A stretch of 64,000 nucleotides of DNA from the human T2T-CHM13v2.0 reference genome, Homo sapiens. The stretch lies in NCBI RefSeq assembly GCF_009914755.1, contig NC_060935.1; one strand, given 5' to 3'. The position numbers and the translations under genes were made by a program. Positions within the stretch are counted from its first letter, which is position 1; every line of letters starts with the position of its first letter. Positions 13,676 to 27,266 of the stretch are shown one piece after another. The notes beneath the pieces are model-generated. The model had not been told where the DNA came from. It searched no databases and saw nothing but the letters and a program-made list of their open reading frames with translations.

Positions 13676-13743
13676 ATTTTATTTTATTTTATTTTATTTT
13701 ATTTTTTATTTTATTTTTTTATTTTTTATTTTATTTTATTTTA
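13676..13743 (+). repeat. (TTTTA)n simple repeat
   Basis: Directly visible. Confidence 0.9.
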
Positions 13744-14039
13744 AAGATGTCACAGGGCTTGCAGAGGGTATAAAAGAAATCGGAATCCTTTCCTTCTGCT
13801 TACATATTGCTGCAAATATGCCCCTGTGTCCTGTCCATCTTTCCTACTTCACGACCTGCCCTACTCAGACCTAACTCCCTCCCTACCAGTCTCAGCATGG
13901 ACCTCAATGTCAACTTTTTGGGTCTCTGGCTTTGGCGTAGGGCACTGAAGAAACAAATCCACCAGAGAAAAGAGCAGAGAAAACATCAGGGGAGGAAGAG
14001 GTAGAAGGAGGGACATTGCTTTCTTTGCCTGTCTGTCAT

Positions 14040-14182
14040 CAGTCATTCTCATGTGTGGCCCTAGATCTGACAACATCACCTGAGAACTCCTTAACACTGC
14101 AAAATTTTAGGCCTACCCCAGGCAGAATGAATCTAAAACTCTGTGTTGGGGCCCAGTGAAAATGTTGAGACACCCTTCTCTA
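14040..14182. mobile_element. MER5A-like hAT MITE
   Basis: cagtcattctca...catcacctgagaactcc...gcaaaattttaggcctacccca...gaatctaaaactctg...ggggcccag. Confidence 0.7.
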
Positions 14183-15360
14183 AAGTCTTTGGTGAGAGAA
14201 AGCCTGCCATTTCCCAAGGCAGCAAATGCTATCTTTGTACAGCTTTCCTGTAATAGTTTCCTTTCTCCTTATTACATGTTCGATTACATCTATTTCTCTG
14301 GAATTCCCATCCCATTGTTTCTAGTTCATCCTTTTTTAAAATTTTAATACCCTAAACATTTATACTTTCATTCAGCTGCTACAAATAAGTCCTGCACTGG
14401 GCGCACCTATCTTCTTACCTTTATGACTCCCATTTTAAAGATGCCAAAGACTGTGCCCCGGATAGATGTTTCATCTGGGGAGGAGCCACTAACTCAGAGC
14501 ACTTTGCAGCAAGTGATCAAAATTTCTTGTAATGCTAGCTGAAGCTGACAGTCCTTATAGCTTATAAATACCTAGAAAATAAGAACCTTAAAGGGAGAAA
14601 TGCACATTAATGGAAGAAAACATTTCTAGCAAATATGATGAGAATCAAACTGATGCTTGGTGAGTGTCACTGAATGAAAATATTAGCTGAATAAAAATGC
14701 TAACTATAGACACAAATATTAACAGCTGAACATAGCTGGTAATGCACAGCAAATATATTTGCTGAAGGAAAATATATTAACTGTAGGAGAAAAGAAAGAA
14801 GCAGAGTGATTTATAACAAACACACACCTAGAGCGGAGGATGCTTTCTATGGTCATAGATTGTTGTAGCATTCATAGCTCCTGTGTCAAAACGCCTCAAC
14901 CTGACTTGGCAGCTTTTTTTTATTCCATACTCTTGCAAGATGCCTTTACGTTCCAGCCACCAACAGCACGTATTCATTTATAAAGGATTGTTCCATACGC
15001 TATCCTAGATTGTTTGCCAAATTGCTGTCCTACAGCTCATACACCTGGCATCATGCACGTCGCTGACACTGGTTCTCCCCTCGTGCAATATCAGTGGGAT
15101 AAGACTGCAGACGCTGAGGTCTCCAGGCATAGAATGACATGGTGGCCTTTTTAAGGGAAAGCCAAATTGAAATGAGGTCCTCACATTCTGCTAAAGGCGT
15201 TCTTGATCACTCAAAGGAAACTTAAAAAGGAAAGAAATACATTGCTAGTCCCTATCTAGAGAAGAGGTAATTGTTTTGACATGTGAGCTTAATTACATGA
15301 ATGAAATACGGAGTGTGCTACAATTCACCATTGCAAATGAAAGGAGCCCTTTTGAGCATG

Positions 15361-15481
15361 TCTACACAAATTGACTTTGCAGTGCACTGTGGGAAGTGTC
15401 ACTACACAAATTGATTTTGCAGTGCACTGTGGGAAGTGTCACTACACAAATTGACTTTGCAGTGCACTGTGGGAAGTGTCA
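15361..15481 (+). repeat. Tandem repeat, 3 x 40 bp
   Basis: Unit actacacaaattgactttgcagtgcactgtgggaagtgtc; one internal substitution in copy 2, first base differs in copy 1. Confidence 0.97.
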
Positions 15482-16401
15482 ACTGACATGAGTGAGTTGG
15501 ATTTTTTTTTTTTTTGCTGTTTGTTCTCATTTTTATTTATTTATGTATTTTTTTTTGCAGCAAGTCTGAGATTATGCATGTCAGTTGTAGACATAGTCTT
15601 TCTTCCATGTATTGCGTTTGTTTTATCAATCTGATTTCCAAATATCCTCTGGACTGTATCATGACTTTAAAGTTTCAAATAGGTGAATAATAAGTTATAA
15701 AAGGAAATGGTAGCTGTGTACCTTACCTGGGAGTCAATCTCTATACCAGCCTTTGACAAACATGTGCCTGGCACATAGTAGGCAGACAACGTATATTTAT
15801 GGAATAAATGAATAAAATATGTAACTACAGCTAGGTATCTTTCGCCTGCTTTTGTGGTTCCCTGCAACCTGTCAAAACACTGGCAGCAAGTGACTTTCAC
15901 ACTTCAGTGTATCAGATTGTACATTGTGGGGCATAGAGTGTGACTCATTCAGTGAACTGTTAGTTTAATGAATGCTTCCTGCACTCACCATCTGGTTTTG
16001 CGGCAGGATCTGAAGGGGTTAATGTCTGCAGAGTGCTTGGAGAGTGGAGGCGAATGGCTAATGTTGTGTGAATAGCAGAGTAAATAATTACTGCTTTGTC
16101 TTTATGAGATGGCTTCCAGACAGAGAGAAGGAGCAGGAGGCCCCCGTGCAGTCTGTGAGGCTGAGAAGCCTGGCCTTTAGGCAGGTGAGACCCACCTGGG
16201 CATACATGCTGGGCACACCTCCCAGAACACCTGGATCCAGGTGGGGAAATGGTCTCTGTGGAGGGATTCTGTACAGAAAACTGTGAGAGCCAAATTCTAT
16301 TAGCTGCCCACAAAGTTAACCCTTCATGCTCCTCTCAAATACAGGTAAGCAGCGGGCAGGACTCTGGTGGCGTGGTTTTTATCTTCAGAGATTTTAGGAT
16401 T

Positions 16402-17396
16402 TTTTTCTCCCTAGCCTTGTTGAAGTATAATCAACAAATAAAAATTGTATATATTCAAGGTGTACAACATGATGATTTGATATATATATATATATATATA
16501 CATTGCAAAATTCTTACCGTAATCAAACTAATTAACCTGTCTATCATCACAATTAGTTACTATTGTGTGTGAGTGTGGTGAGGACACTTAAAATCTACTC
16601 TTTTAGCAAATTTTCAGTAAACAATGAAGTGTTATTAACTATAATCACCATGCTGTAGTTAGATCCCCAGAACGTATTCATCTTGTAACTAAAACTTTGT
16701 ACCCTTTGACCAACATCTCCTCATTTCCCCCACTCTTGACCCTTTGCAACCCCAGGTCACTCTCTGCTTCTATGAGTTCGACTTCCTTTGTTTGTTTTTT
16801 TTTTTTTTTTGGATTCCACATATAAGTGAGACCATGCAGTACTTGTTTTTCTGTACTTGGCTTATTTTACTTGGTATAATGTCTACCACATTCATCCATG
16901 TAGTAGCAAATGACAGGAGTTTTTTTAAGGATAAATAATATTTCATTGTGTGTGTACATGTGTGTGTACCATAATTTCGTTATCTATTTCTCCATGGATG
17001 GATAGCTAGATTGTTTTTCATATCTTGGCTATTATGAAGAATGCTGCAGTGATCTTTGCAATGATCTTGGGCATGGGGAAGTACAGATATCTCTTTGAGA
17101 TACTGATTTCATTCCCTTTGAGTATACACCCAGAAGTTGGGATTGCTGGATTCTACAGTAGTTTCATTTATTTTTTTGTTTTGAGGAACCTCCTATGTTT
17201 CCCATAGTGGCTGTACTAATTTACATTCCCTCAACAAAATACGGTTTCCCTGTTTTCCATATCCTTGCCAATACTTGCTATCTCTTGTCTATTGCTAAGT
17301 CTTATTTTGACAGGTGTGACATGATATCTCAGTAGGGTTTTGATTTGCATTTCCCCAATGTGTAGTGATGTTGAGCACCTTTTTATATACCTATTG
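16402..17396 (-). mobile_element. L1MA-type LINE, 3' (non-inverted) segment
   Basis: Antisense L1MA8/9-like 3' UTR: gtataatcaacaaataaaaattgtatatattcaaggtgtacaacatgatg ... gtgatgttgagcacc. Confidence 0.9.
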
Positions 17397-18074
17397 TGAC
17401 ATCACCACACTTTCTGATCTAAAACAATATTAAAAAGCTGTAGTAATCAAAACAATGTGGTACTGGCATAAAAACAGGCACATAGACCAATAGAATTGAA
17501 TAGATGGCTAGAAGTAAACTTCTGCATATATGTTCAACTTATCTTTGACAAAGGTGCCAAAATGCACAATGGGTAAAAGACAGCCTCTTCAATAAATGGT
17601 GTTGGGTACACTGTATACCCACATGCAAAATAATAAAATTGTACCATATTCAAAAATTAACTCAAATGGATTAAATATTTAAACATATGATCTCCTGTAA
17701 AATTCCTAGAAGGAAACATAGAAAAAACCTCCTAGACATTGGTCATGGCAATACTTTCTTAGATATCTTAGATATGACACCAAAAGCACAAGCAATGAAA
17801 GCAAAAATAAACAAATGGGACTACATCAAACTAAAAATTTCCTTGCAGCAAAGGAAACAATCAACAGAATGAAAAGGCAACCTACAGAATGGGAAAATAA
17901 TATTTGCAGGCCACATACCTGTTAAGAATTAATATCCAAATATATAAGAAACTCATACAACTCAATAGCAAAAAATAAAAAAATAAAAATTAAAAAACCC
18001 CAAATAATCTGAATAAAAATAGGCAAGGGACCTGGATATACATTTTTTTTTTCCAAAGAAGATATACGAATGGC
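17397..18074 (+). mobile_element. Same L1, inverted 5' segment (degenerate ORF2 C-terminal region)
   Basis: Sense L1 text gtaatcaaaacaatgtggtactggcataaaaacagg; ORF-track peptide DMTPKAQAMKAKINKWDYIKLK is L1 ORF2-like; TSD tttaggatt flanks the whole element. Confidence 0.9.
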
Positions 18075-18309
18075 TTTAGGATTATAATTTTATTTCATTT
18101 TTTCTGGGATACAAAATTGTCTATGGAAGGAATACATAGGTGCAGAGAATCTAACCAACACCTGCCACGCTGCTCTGCCAGATCCTCCCATCCTCATCTC
18201 CACTTCTCCAAATGAGGCCTCACTCCATCCCCTTTGCTCAAATAGCCCTATAAACTGGAGCTGCAGTTAGAGGCACATTCTATCCATGTTGGTCGTGGTG
18301 TCTTTGTGA

Positions 18310-18535
18310 AAGAGCATTGGCCCTGGTAGTCAAGCAGTTGAGTGCAGGTCTTGCCTCTGTCACCAACCTTACCTATGACTCCCGTGGGAGATTCCCCTTT
18401 TTGAGGTCTCAGTTTCCCTGACCGTGCAATGGTGGGTAATGACAGCTGCCTTCCTGGTCCACAGAGGGCTGTTGTGAAGATGAAATGAAAAAATAATTGG
18501 GAAAGCCCTTTGAAAGACGTGAGCAACCAATAGCT
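18310..18535 (+). mobile_element. MIR
   Basis: gtgaaagagcattggccctggtagtcaag...gtctcagtttccc...gggctgttgtgaagatgaaatga. Confidence 0.8.
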
Positions 18536-18849
18536 ATAACATGCCATTTTTACAGCTGTGATTTTGTGTCTTTGGAAAGTTATGAAAAGAATGGGAAAAG
18601 CAAAACAGTCTGCTAGAGGCAGGGAGGAAAGCCCCCTTGTCATAGCATCAAAGGTAAGAAAAGGTGTCCCAAAGAGGAGGCAGGAGGTGCTGGCGCTGAA
18701 GTGTAAACAGCGGTGCTATGATCTGAGGGGGACAGAAGAGACTCATGAAGTGAAATTGAGTGCCAGTCTCTGGGTTGCACCAGGGATGACCAGTTGCACA
18801 AAATCTGAACCAATCTCCTCAAGTCAGAGCTTTCAAGAAGGTAAGACAG

Positions 18850-19045
18850 CATAACAGAAACAATGTGGGTCTTGATGCATGAGTCCTGAGTCTCTTACTC
18901 ATGATGTTTTCCTATTGTCCTTGGCAAGGTCCACTTAACTTCTCCGAGCACCAGTTCCTCATCCATAGAACGGGGGTGATTTTAGAGCCTGCCTTATGGA
19001 GTTGTAGGAAGGGACAGTTGTAGTCATTTGTGAAACCTTTATGCA
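18850..19045 (+). mobile_element. MIR
   Basis: ccttggcaaggtccacttaacttctccgagcaccagttcctcatccatagaacgggg. Confidence 0.75.
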
Positions 19046-20129
19046 TTTTAGGCTCTCAATAGGAGTTGGCTCAGTCAGTGATCCACTTACTCATTCATTT
19101 ATTCCCTCATTTATTCAGAACATCTCAGTCTTGGGTTGGTGCCTTCACCTGGGAGTCATTAACAGTTAACAACTTTTTCAGTGGTAAAAAGAGCTGGCTC
19201 ACAAACATCATCACCAGCAGTAGTTAAGAGAAGTGAGAATACCTCACGGCACCTTTGTTTGTATATCAGATTATTCTTTATTGCTTCCAGAATACTGGGA
19301 GGCTTAAGTTTCTCTGCTGGCTCAGGAGGCTCTCCCTTTTACTGCTTGGGTGTGGGGAGGCCACCACTAAGCCAGGTTCCCTGAAAAGAAGAAAAAAATC
19401 CTATAAGCTTGTTGCCTTTTCCTCCGTGAAAATGCTCCCAGAGGTACCATATAATCAGAGCAGGCCTGTGACAGCATGTCTTTGCTCTCCCCATCTCCCA
19501 GCTGTAATACAACATTAAAAGCAATTAGAACTTGTTCTAGGTTGTTTGTAAGATGATTATTATAGCCATTGCAGGGACATTTCAAAACAGTGGAGTTAAG
19601 GATTACCACGTGTTCCACATTTCCAAAGCTGCTAATGGGGGTGGGTGCTGAGAGGAGCCTGAGATGCAGGGACAGACACAGCCCAGCCCAGCACCCCAGC
19701 CAACAAAGTCTGGGCCTGGTGTTCTCAGTGGGGAGCACCTGAGGCAAGTTGCATCTCCTTTCAGAGCTGCTCAGCAGGGGAGACTGGGCATTGGGAGGAT
19801 GGGCCACATCTCAGCTCAACCACTAGATCCTGCTGTTTCCCAGACATGTCAAAAAGCCCCTTGATATCACACATCCTGGCATCTGAACAATTGAAGAGGC
19901 TGGCTATGGTCCCTCTGTTCCATCAGGCACCATGCACAAACTCGATCTGGAAAATCTTCAACCCCAATCTTCCACAATTGCATTCAGGCTCACTTTTGTT
20001 CAGAGGAAACAGAAAACAAGCTGGTTAGTTTGCTGAGCAAAGCTGTTCCCCTGCCTTTCCTCTATAACTCTCTGTAGACACCATCTTTTAGCTCCTCAGG
20101 TGTGGGATCATGGGGTTGCCTTATTCTAT

Positions 20130-20990
20130 TCACTTTCTTTTCATTCCAAGAAGCATTTACTTAATGTGCACCTATCATTGCCAAGTGAAGTTCTATGTGC
20201 TTGGATTATCAGCACACAAAATAAAAACTCCTGCTCTCATGAAACTTACTTTACAGATATGTAAACAGTATAGTATGGCAAAAGCTAATTAGTATTAAGG
20301 AGAAAAGAATAAGAGCAAAGGAAGATAGATCAGAGTTATCAAGGAATTCATAAATCTGACTTGGACTAGGACAGTAGTCTCTTTAATGGTGTTCCCTTGC
20401 TTCACCTAAAGCCCAACTCTCCCATCATCATTGCCCTAAACATAATCTGTCTTACGGCTCCCCCATTACCTACGCAATCAGCTTCTGGACCATTAGTGTG
20501 GCCCTGTGTGTATTATTCCCAGCCTGCTTCTGCTCCAGCTCCCTCTATTTCATGAATCCTGTGCGTCAGCCAGAACAAACTTCATTATTCCACTCCCCTC
20601 GCCATGCCCTGCCCTTTCTTGCCTTTCAGTGCACTATTTGTGGGGGGAAGGAAGCTTGTCTTTATTGAACCTTGCTAACAGACAGGCCTTTGCATGCCTC
20701 TTTACTTATGTCTTCTCCTTTCCATTTCACAAGCACCCTGTGATGCATAAGGGGAGGGAACAGAGGTGGTCTTCCCTGCAATCACACAGTAGAATCTGCT
20801 ATGATTTGGATCTCCCTCTGTCCAAGTTCAAATCTGCTGCTCTTTCTCCCAGAGTACACAACTTACTATGAATCTGTTTCCTGAATTCCCCCAGAAACTG
20901 AAAGGAGAACTGTACCTACTCACCTCTGTGACCCCTATGGTAGCTGGCATAAAACCCCCCTCAAACTAGGCCAAAAACATTATGTGAATT
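20130..20990. mobile_element. Cluster of L2 and MIR fragments
   Basis: ttcattccaagaagcatttacttaatgtgcacctat...cctgctctcatgaaacttac (L2 antisense 3' end); cttacggctccccattacctac (L2 sense); MIR-like piece at about 20700-20850. Confidence 0.55.
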
Positions 20991-21481
20991 ACATTTCTTT
21001 TAATATAATTGAATTAAGTTAAACATGTTTATAAAGCCAGTACTTGACCGATCTCTCTGCAGCCTCCTGTGTAGACTGTAATCTGGTAGCTCTGTCTGTC
21101 AGTCCTTTAATAATCTTCATGTCTCTTTCCTGACTTCCACACTTGTTCTTTGAACATCTCCATGAGACCAGAGCTGTGATCAGCCGAGAGCGTTTTCAAG
21201 GCAGATCATGGTAGATTTATTTGTGTCTTTTGTCTTTTCTTCACATTCTCCCTCCCTGCTTCATTTTTCCATTCGAGATTCCCTTATGGACAACCATTTT
21301 GCCACCAAATTTAACTCATCCCAGTACTCGCAGAGTCCTTGAAGCAACTGTGAAGCCAGGACTTGGGGGTCTTCCATTCTGGCTCTGCCTCTGATCCTCC
21401 TTAGCTGGGCAGTTGAGGTGGCTCCAGGACAACCACACCTTCTCCGGGCCTCAGTTTCCTTATAGAAGACTGTATACAGGA

Positions 21482-21850
<369 letters not shown>

Positions 21851-23889
21851 CTAATAAGTAAATATTTACTTATTCTAATAAGTAGAATTTAGATCCTATT
21901 TGATGTGGAAGCACTTTGGAGGCCCTCTCCAGAGTATTCTATCTGAGCAATACCCGGCCAGGCAGCTGTCCATGGCCCCTCGAAGCAGCCTTGTTTTCCT
22001 TAGTAGGTCCCGTGTGATCAGCAGGCATCCCCTGAGACCAGGCTCATGGGTGAATACGTGGAGATCCAGGTCTTTTAAATGAAGACCTTGCAAGAGAGAA
22101 GAAAGTGGAAGCAGGGGTGCTTGAGGCAATTCTCACATGCCTTTTGCCTCTGGATGTGACAGGTTTGTGGCTCCACTCTGCCACAGACATTTGAGTGTCC
22201 TAAAATCCACGTTCTGTGATTTTAACATCTTCAGATGCCCACCTGGTAAATCTGACCACTTCTTGCACTCTCCCCTCCGTAGCCTCCAAACCACAAAAAG
22301 CCACCAGTGGCATGGGGCCCCAGATTCAACCTCACAGATGGGACTCTTGGTAAAGGGGGACGAGTTGCTAAATAAATAGAATGCATTGTAAGTGTTGATA
22401 GATTTTCTGTTCTGTCCTGGCATTGTGCTCAGTGGAGGATTACCGCTGTGTGTGTTTAAATGTGACAGCTGTTTCATTCACTCCCTGGTGTGTTGGAGAA
22501 GCTGTGATAAAGCCAGTGATATGCCTTCGGAATCCTTAAAGTGAAATCCTCCAGAAAATAAAATCAAATCATCTCCCAACCTTCTCTGTCCTCATCTCCT
22601 TGCTCATTTCCCACATGTCTTTCCATTTATTGGATTTTATCTCTGATTTTTAATGTTTTGGATAAGACATGCCCTGGAAGACCTTCCACCCCTAGTTACT
22701 GGGCATCCCTGAAGCAGTCAGCTTCATTTTGGTACCCTGGGTGCAGAGGGAATGCAGAGCATTTAGAAACCGTAATTAAGGAACATTTAGGAAGATAGGC
22801 TGATGAGGGGCAAGATTAGCAATGGATTTCACTGCTGCCTGCCTACGACTTTCTGTTTAATTATTGCAAGGAGAGCTGCCAGCAAAGCAGAGCAGAAGGT
22901 TTGATAGTGAACTGCACTGACCTGGATTTCTGTTTCATTAGATTTCATTTAATTCAGGCAAAGGCGGCAATTTCTTAGACCCTAGTGTTGTTGAATGTTA
23001 ACCTTCAGGCCACAAGAATGAGGGAAAGGGGTGTATTTTATCTTGAGCTCTACTGATTTCCAGAGACATAATCCTGCCTGCTCTCACCACCTCTTACTGT
23101 TTTGGAAAATAGAAAGAGCGGGGATCTATTGTGTCCCATTGAGGACTTAAATGAGCTGAATAATTGGCTCAAGACGATGCTCTTTGAACTAGAGAGGGCC
23201 CAAGAAAGTCTTCCCTACTAGATTTAGAGGAAAGGATCTCTTTCTCTCTAGGAACTTCTGGCTTTTTTTTCTGAAATATATGAGCTTGTGACCCCCAGGG
23301 ATAATTCAACTTATCCTGCTCGTGGCTGAGAAGAGCTGTGGTGAAGTCCAATTGGCATGGCTGGGAGTGCGGCAAGGAATGGGTAGGAAGGGAAAAGCTG
23401 GTTGGGATTCTATGCAAACTTCAGGTAAATCACCATGTCTATCTACGTGTGTCCTGATTTTGTCCCTTCCACCTCTTCTCTATCCTAAGACAATGATCAG
23501 AGTTAGTTGAGGGATTCTGAAAACTCAAGAAAGAACTGAATCTAGAGTCAAATAACTTGAGTGCTGCCCCTAGTCTATGCCTTGAGAATCAGTTAACCTC
23601 TCTAAGTTCTCCCAGATAACAAAATAAGAATAATAACTTCTGTTTCACAGGAAGCTTATAGAATTAATAGAAAAATGCTTAGTGTAACAATCAACCTTTA
23701 ATACGTTTTCAATAGACATCAGTTGAATCAAGGCCATTTCTACTTCATGCATATAAGGAAAGTGAGGAAGACCTCCTTCTGAAAAAAGCCAAAGGTTATC
23801 CCACTTCTATTTGAGCCTGTATTCAGCTAAAATAAGAGGATGATAAAGGTAAAATAAAAGTCATTACTAAAGAAATAAAAAGTTAATAA

Positions 23890-24425
23890 AAGGTGACACA
23901 TCCCTACAATGGAATACTTCTCAGTACAGAAAAGAAATGAACTATTGAAACATAAGAAAACATGTATACATTATCATTCTTTTTAATAAATAGCCACCTA
24001 CTTATATTAACTTCATGATAAGCCTCAGGGACTGACCTCAACACATCACCTCCCATGTTCATCTCAGGCAGCAAATTCATACAGTAACTTTTGCTGTATT
24101 TTATTAATGTATTTTCCCTTAGAAATGGTAAAAAATAATTATGCAATACTAATTAAGTCAGACACAAAAGGCTACATACCATATTGGTCAATTTATATGA
24201 CATTCTGGAAAAGACAAAACCCTGGAGACAAAACAAAGATCAGTAGTTGTCAAGGACAAAGGTGAGGGGAGGTGATTGATTGAAGCAGGAAACAAGGACT
24301 TTTTTCAGGGTTTGTAAATATTCTATTTTTTATTTATGATGGTGCTTATTCTTGAAATGTACACCTAAAAGGGTGAATTTTGCCATATGTAAATTGTACC
24401 TCAGGAAACTTATTTTTTAAAAAAG
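23890..24425 (+). mobile_element. Old L1M 3' end fragment, interrupted
   Basis: tacaatggaatacttctcag...aagtcagacacaaaaggctacatacc...tatatgacattctggaaaagacaaaac...gtacacctaaaagggtgaatttt. Confidence 0.8.
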
Positions 24426-26230
24426 TTGGCAAATATTTCTATTCTCTCTCTTCTAGAATTATATGACTTGTCCCCATTGAGAGATGCTGAGGATCCCACA
24501 GGGTCATCCCTAGAACTTGGGGCCCACTGAATCTCTAGGGATGTGAAGGTTTCAAAATCACCTGTAATTTCATACAAACATGTACAAATGAATTTTTTCT
24601 AGGGAGATGTCTCACAGTTTTAAGTAGAAGGTCAAAAGTTACTGTGGATTACTGTCCATCTCCCATACAAGAACAACAATCAGGAGAAAAATAAAGAAAG
24701 AAAGGACAATAGAAAAGGAAAGGAGAGGAAAGGAGGGAGGGAGGAAGGGATGAGGGAAAATTATCAATCATTATTTTTCAGGAGAAAAGAAAAAGCGAGA
24801 ATAATTGTTTGAGTTTGTCACCATGGATGGACATGGGGAGGCACTAGCTTGAAGTCAGTCCCTGAGCTCTATCCTTACAATACTATCTCTAGTTACTTAT
24901 TCTTATTACAGGGAATGATGCCTTATATGCAGGCTCGTTTCTGTGAGTCTATAGTGTCATTTACTCTGGCTGCCAATCTCATAGCAGAGAATGAGGAGTG
25001 AGTCTTGCATAAATTCTCCCTGATTCAGGCCACTTAATAGCTTTCTTGCACACTGCCTGCAGAGGTTTGAAAATGGAAACAGGGAAAGGAGGTCACCAAG
25101 GATAGGTAGAAAACAGGATGCCAAGCAGAGCTTAATGGAATCCATGGTATTGATCCAAGTGGCAAATGCATAGCATTGTAACGGTATTGAAAGCTTCATG
25201 CTGGGCACTAGCTCAGAAAAGGCCACAGCTGCTAATTTGCAAAAATATCAGGGTCTCAAAAGTTATTGGGGACCTTCAGGAGATGAATCACTAGGAACCC
25301 CTTTAATAACCACGACATATTTTCTTGCCTTCATGAGATATTTCTATCATCCAGAAAAGTCGGCCCTGAAAACACACTTCTGTCAGTGGTGCTGTTATAT
25401 CACAAGCTTCTAGGCAGGAACATTACTTTGTGCCTCACACACTTTGAATAATTAGTCAATTTGAGATGCTGATGGTGATGACAACAGTAATAAGAGGCTG
25501 CAATAACAGGCCAGCTGTGCCCCTCCACGGGCCTGAAAGAATGGGTCATTTTGGATGCGGCATTGCCTATGCTGGGATGTTCACCTACAATTCCTGGTGA
25601 CAGAGGCCCGATTCATGTTAATGAAATGCTGAGGAATGTTCTCTTCTAACACAGACATTGCTATAATAATGATGGGAATGCAGTTTCTAGTAAGCCACAT
25701 ATCCAATTTTTAAAGCCATATTTGCAAGGATTAACAAAAGCCCCCTCTCATATGCCTGCCCCCTCCCTCCTAAACCCTATTCCTTTAACAGTATGTTGAT
25801 GATGCCCACCAGCCCCAGTCCTAACTTTTGCTTTTAAACTGGAAATTCTGAAAAATTATTCTTAGGTCCAACAAGGTCCTAATAAGGCTGAAAAGGCCTC
25901 CTTGCTCTCTCACCATATTTTTGTCACTGCCAATACTAGCAGATAGTCCAAAACAGAACAATTAATATATAGGATAGAAAGAAGTGAAGGGCAGTATTGG
26001 GGAACTGGCAGTTCACATGCATGGAAAGGGGGTTGGAAAACAGTGCTCATGAACTCAGGTGCCTGGATGCAGATGCAGAGGGTTTGGGTCAGTAACAAGG
26101 AAAATGAACCCTATGGCATCTGGTGATAAAATACAAACTTCTCAAGGGACCCAAGACTAAAGAAATATGACCAAAAATGAAAAAAAAAATTCAGAAGACA
26201 GGCTATTTGTAGGGGTGTCAGAGTTAGTTA

Positions 26231-26617
26231 TGTTAAATAAAGTTTAGCCTAAAGCTGCCTCCTCACATATTTTAAGTTCAGCCTAAAGATTTCTCCATAC
26301 ATAGTGAACTTTAACCTAACTGGATATGTCAGCAGATTGTAATCTGCTTTTGGGCTAATCACAGGTAGCCAATTGTTTAAGCCATGTTCAAATAAGGCAA
26401 ATACCAAGCTATAACCAATCCAGCTGTTTCTGTATCTGACTTCTATTTTGTGTACATCACTTTCCTTTTTCTGTCCATCAGTTCTTTCTGACCAGGTGGC
26501 AGTGTCAGGGTTGCCCCCAACTTACTCTGGGTCAGGGGCGCCTGGCTGATTAGCAAATCATTATGTCCTCAATTAAACTGTTACATTTAATTTGTCTAAA
26601 GTTTTTCTTTTTTATGA
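26231..26617 (+). mobile_element. ERV1 solo LTR, MER57 family (MER57B-like)
   Basis: tgttaaataaagtttagcctaaagctgcctcctcacatattttaagttcagcctaaag...ctcaattaaactg...atttaatttgtctaaagttttt. Confidence 0.9.
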
Positions 26618-26718
26618 TTACGTATGCCAAAAAGACATACTTGCCTGAAAATGCAAGAAGCTGGCGATGGAGACTTCATGGATGTGAGAATATAAGAATA
26701 AGAATAAAAGGGGAATAA

Positions 26719-27044
26719 GGCCAGGTGCTGTGGCTCACATCTGTTCTCCCAGCACTTTGGGAGGCCGAGGCGGATGGATCACTTGAGGTCAGGATTTTAA
26801 GACCTGGCCAACATGATGAAACCCCGTCTTTACTAAAAATACAAAAACAAACAAACAACAACAACAACAACAAAACAAAGACAAATTAGCCGGGCATGGC
26901 GGCATGCACCTGGTAATCCCAGCTACTCAGGGGGCTGAGGCAGGAGAATCACTTGAACCGGGAGGCAGAGGTTGCAGTGAAGTGAACCAGGATGGTGCCA
27001 TGCCACTCCAGCCTGGGCGACAGAGTGAGAGTCCATCTCAAAAT
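26719..27044 (+). mobile_element. Alu SINE (AluS-type) with (CAA)n-expanded linker
   Basis: Full dimeric Alu; linker aaaatacaaaaacaaacaaacaacaacaac. Confidence 0.95.
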
Positions 27045-27266
27045 AAGAAAGAAAGGAAGGAAGGAAGGAAGGAAGGAAGAGAGAGAGAGAGAGAGAAAGG
27101 AAGGAAGGAAGGAAGAAGAGAGAAAGAAAGAAATGAAGGAAGGAAGGGAGAGAGAGAGAGAGAGAGAAAGGAAGGAAGGAAGGAAGGAAGAAGAAAGAAA
27201 AAGAAGAGAAAGAAAGAAAAGAAAGAAAGAAAGAAAAGAAAGAAAGAAAGAAAGAAAGAAAGAAAA
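27045..27266 (+). repeat. Compound (GAAG)n/(GA)n/(GAAA)n purine microsatellite from the Alu tail
   Basis: About 220 bp, almost entirely A/G. Confidence 0.95.

Noticed and set aside
15361-15481. CRISPR-like look of the 40-bp repeat (and the 30-bp repeat at 56368)
   Set aside because: Units are head-to-tail with no unique spacers, there are no cas genes, and the context is primate genomic DNA.
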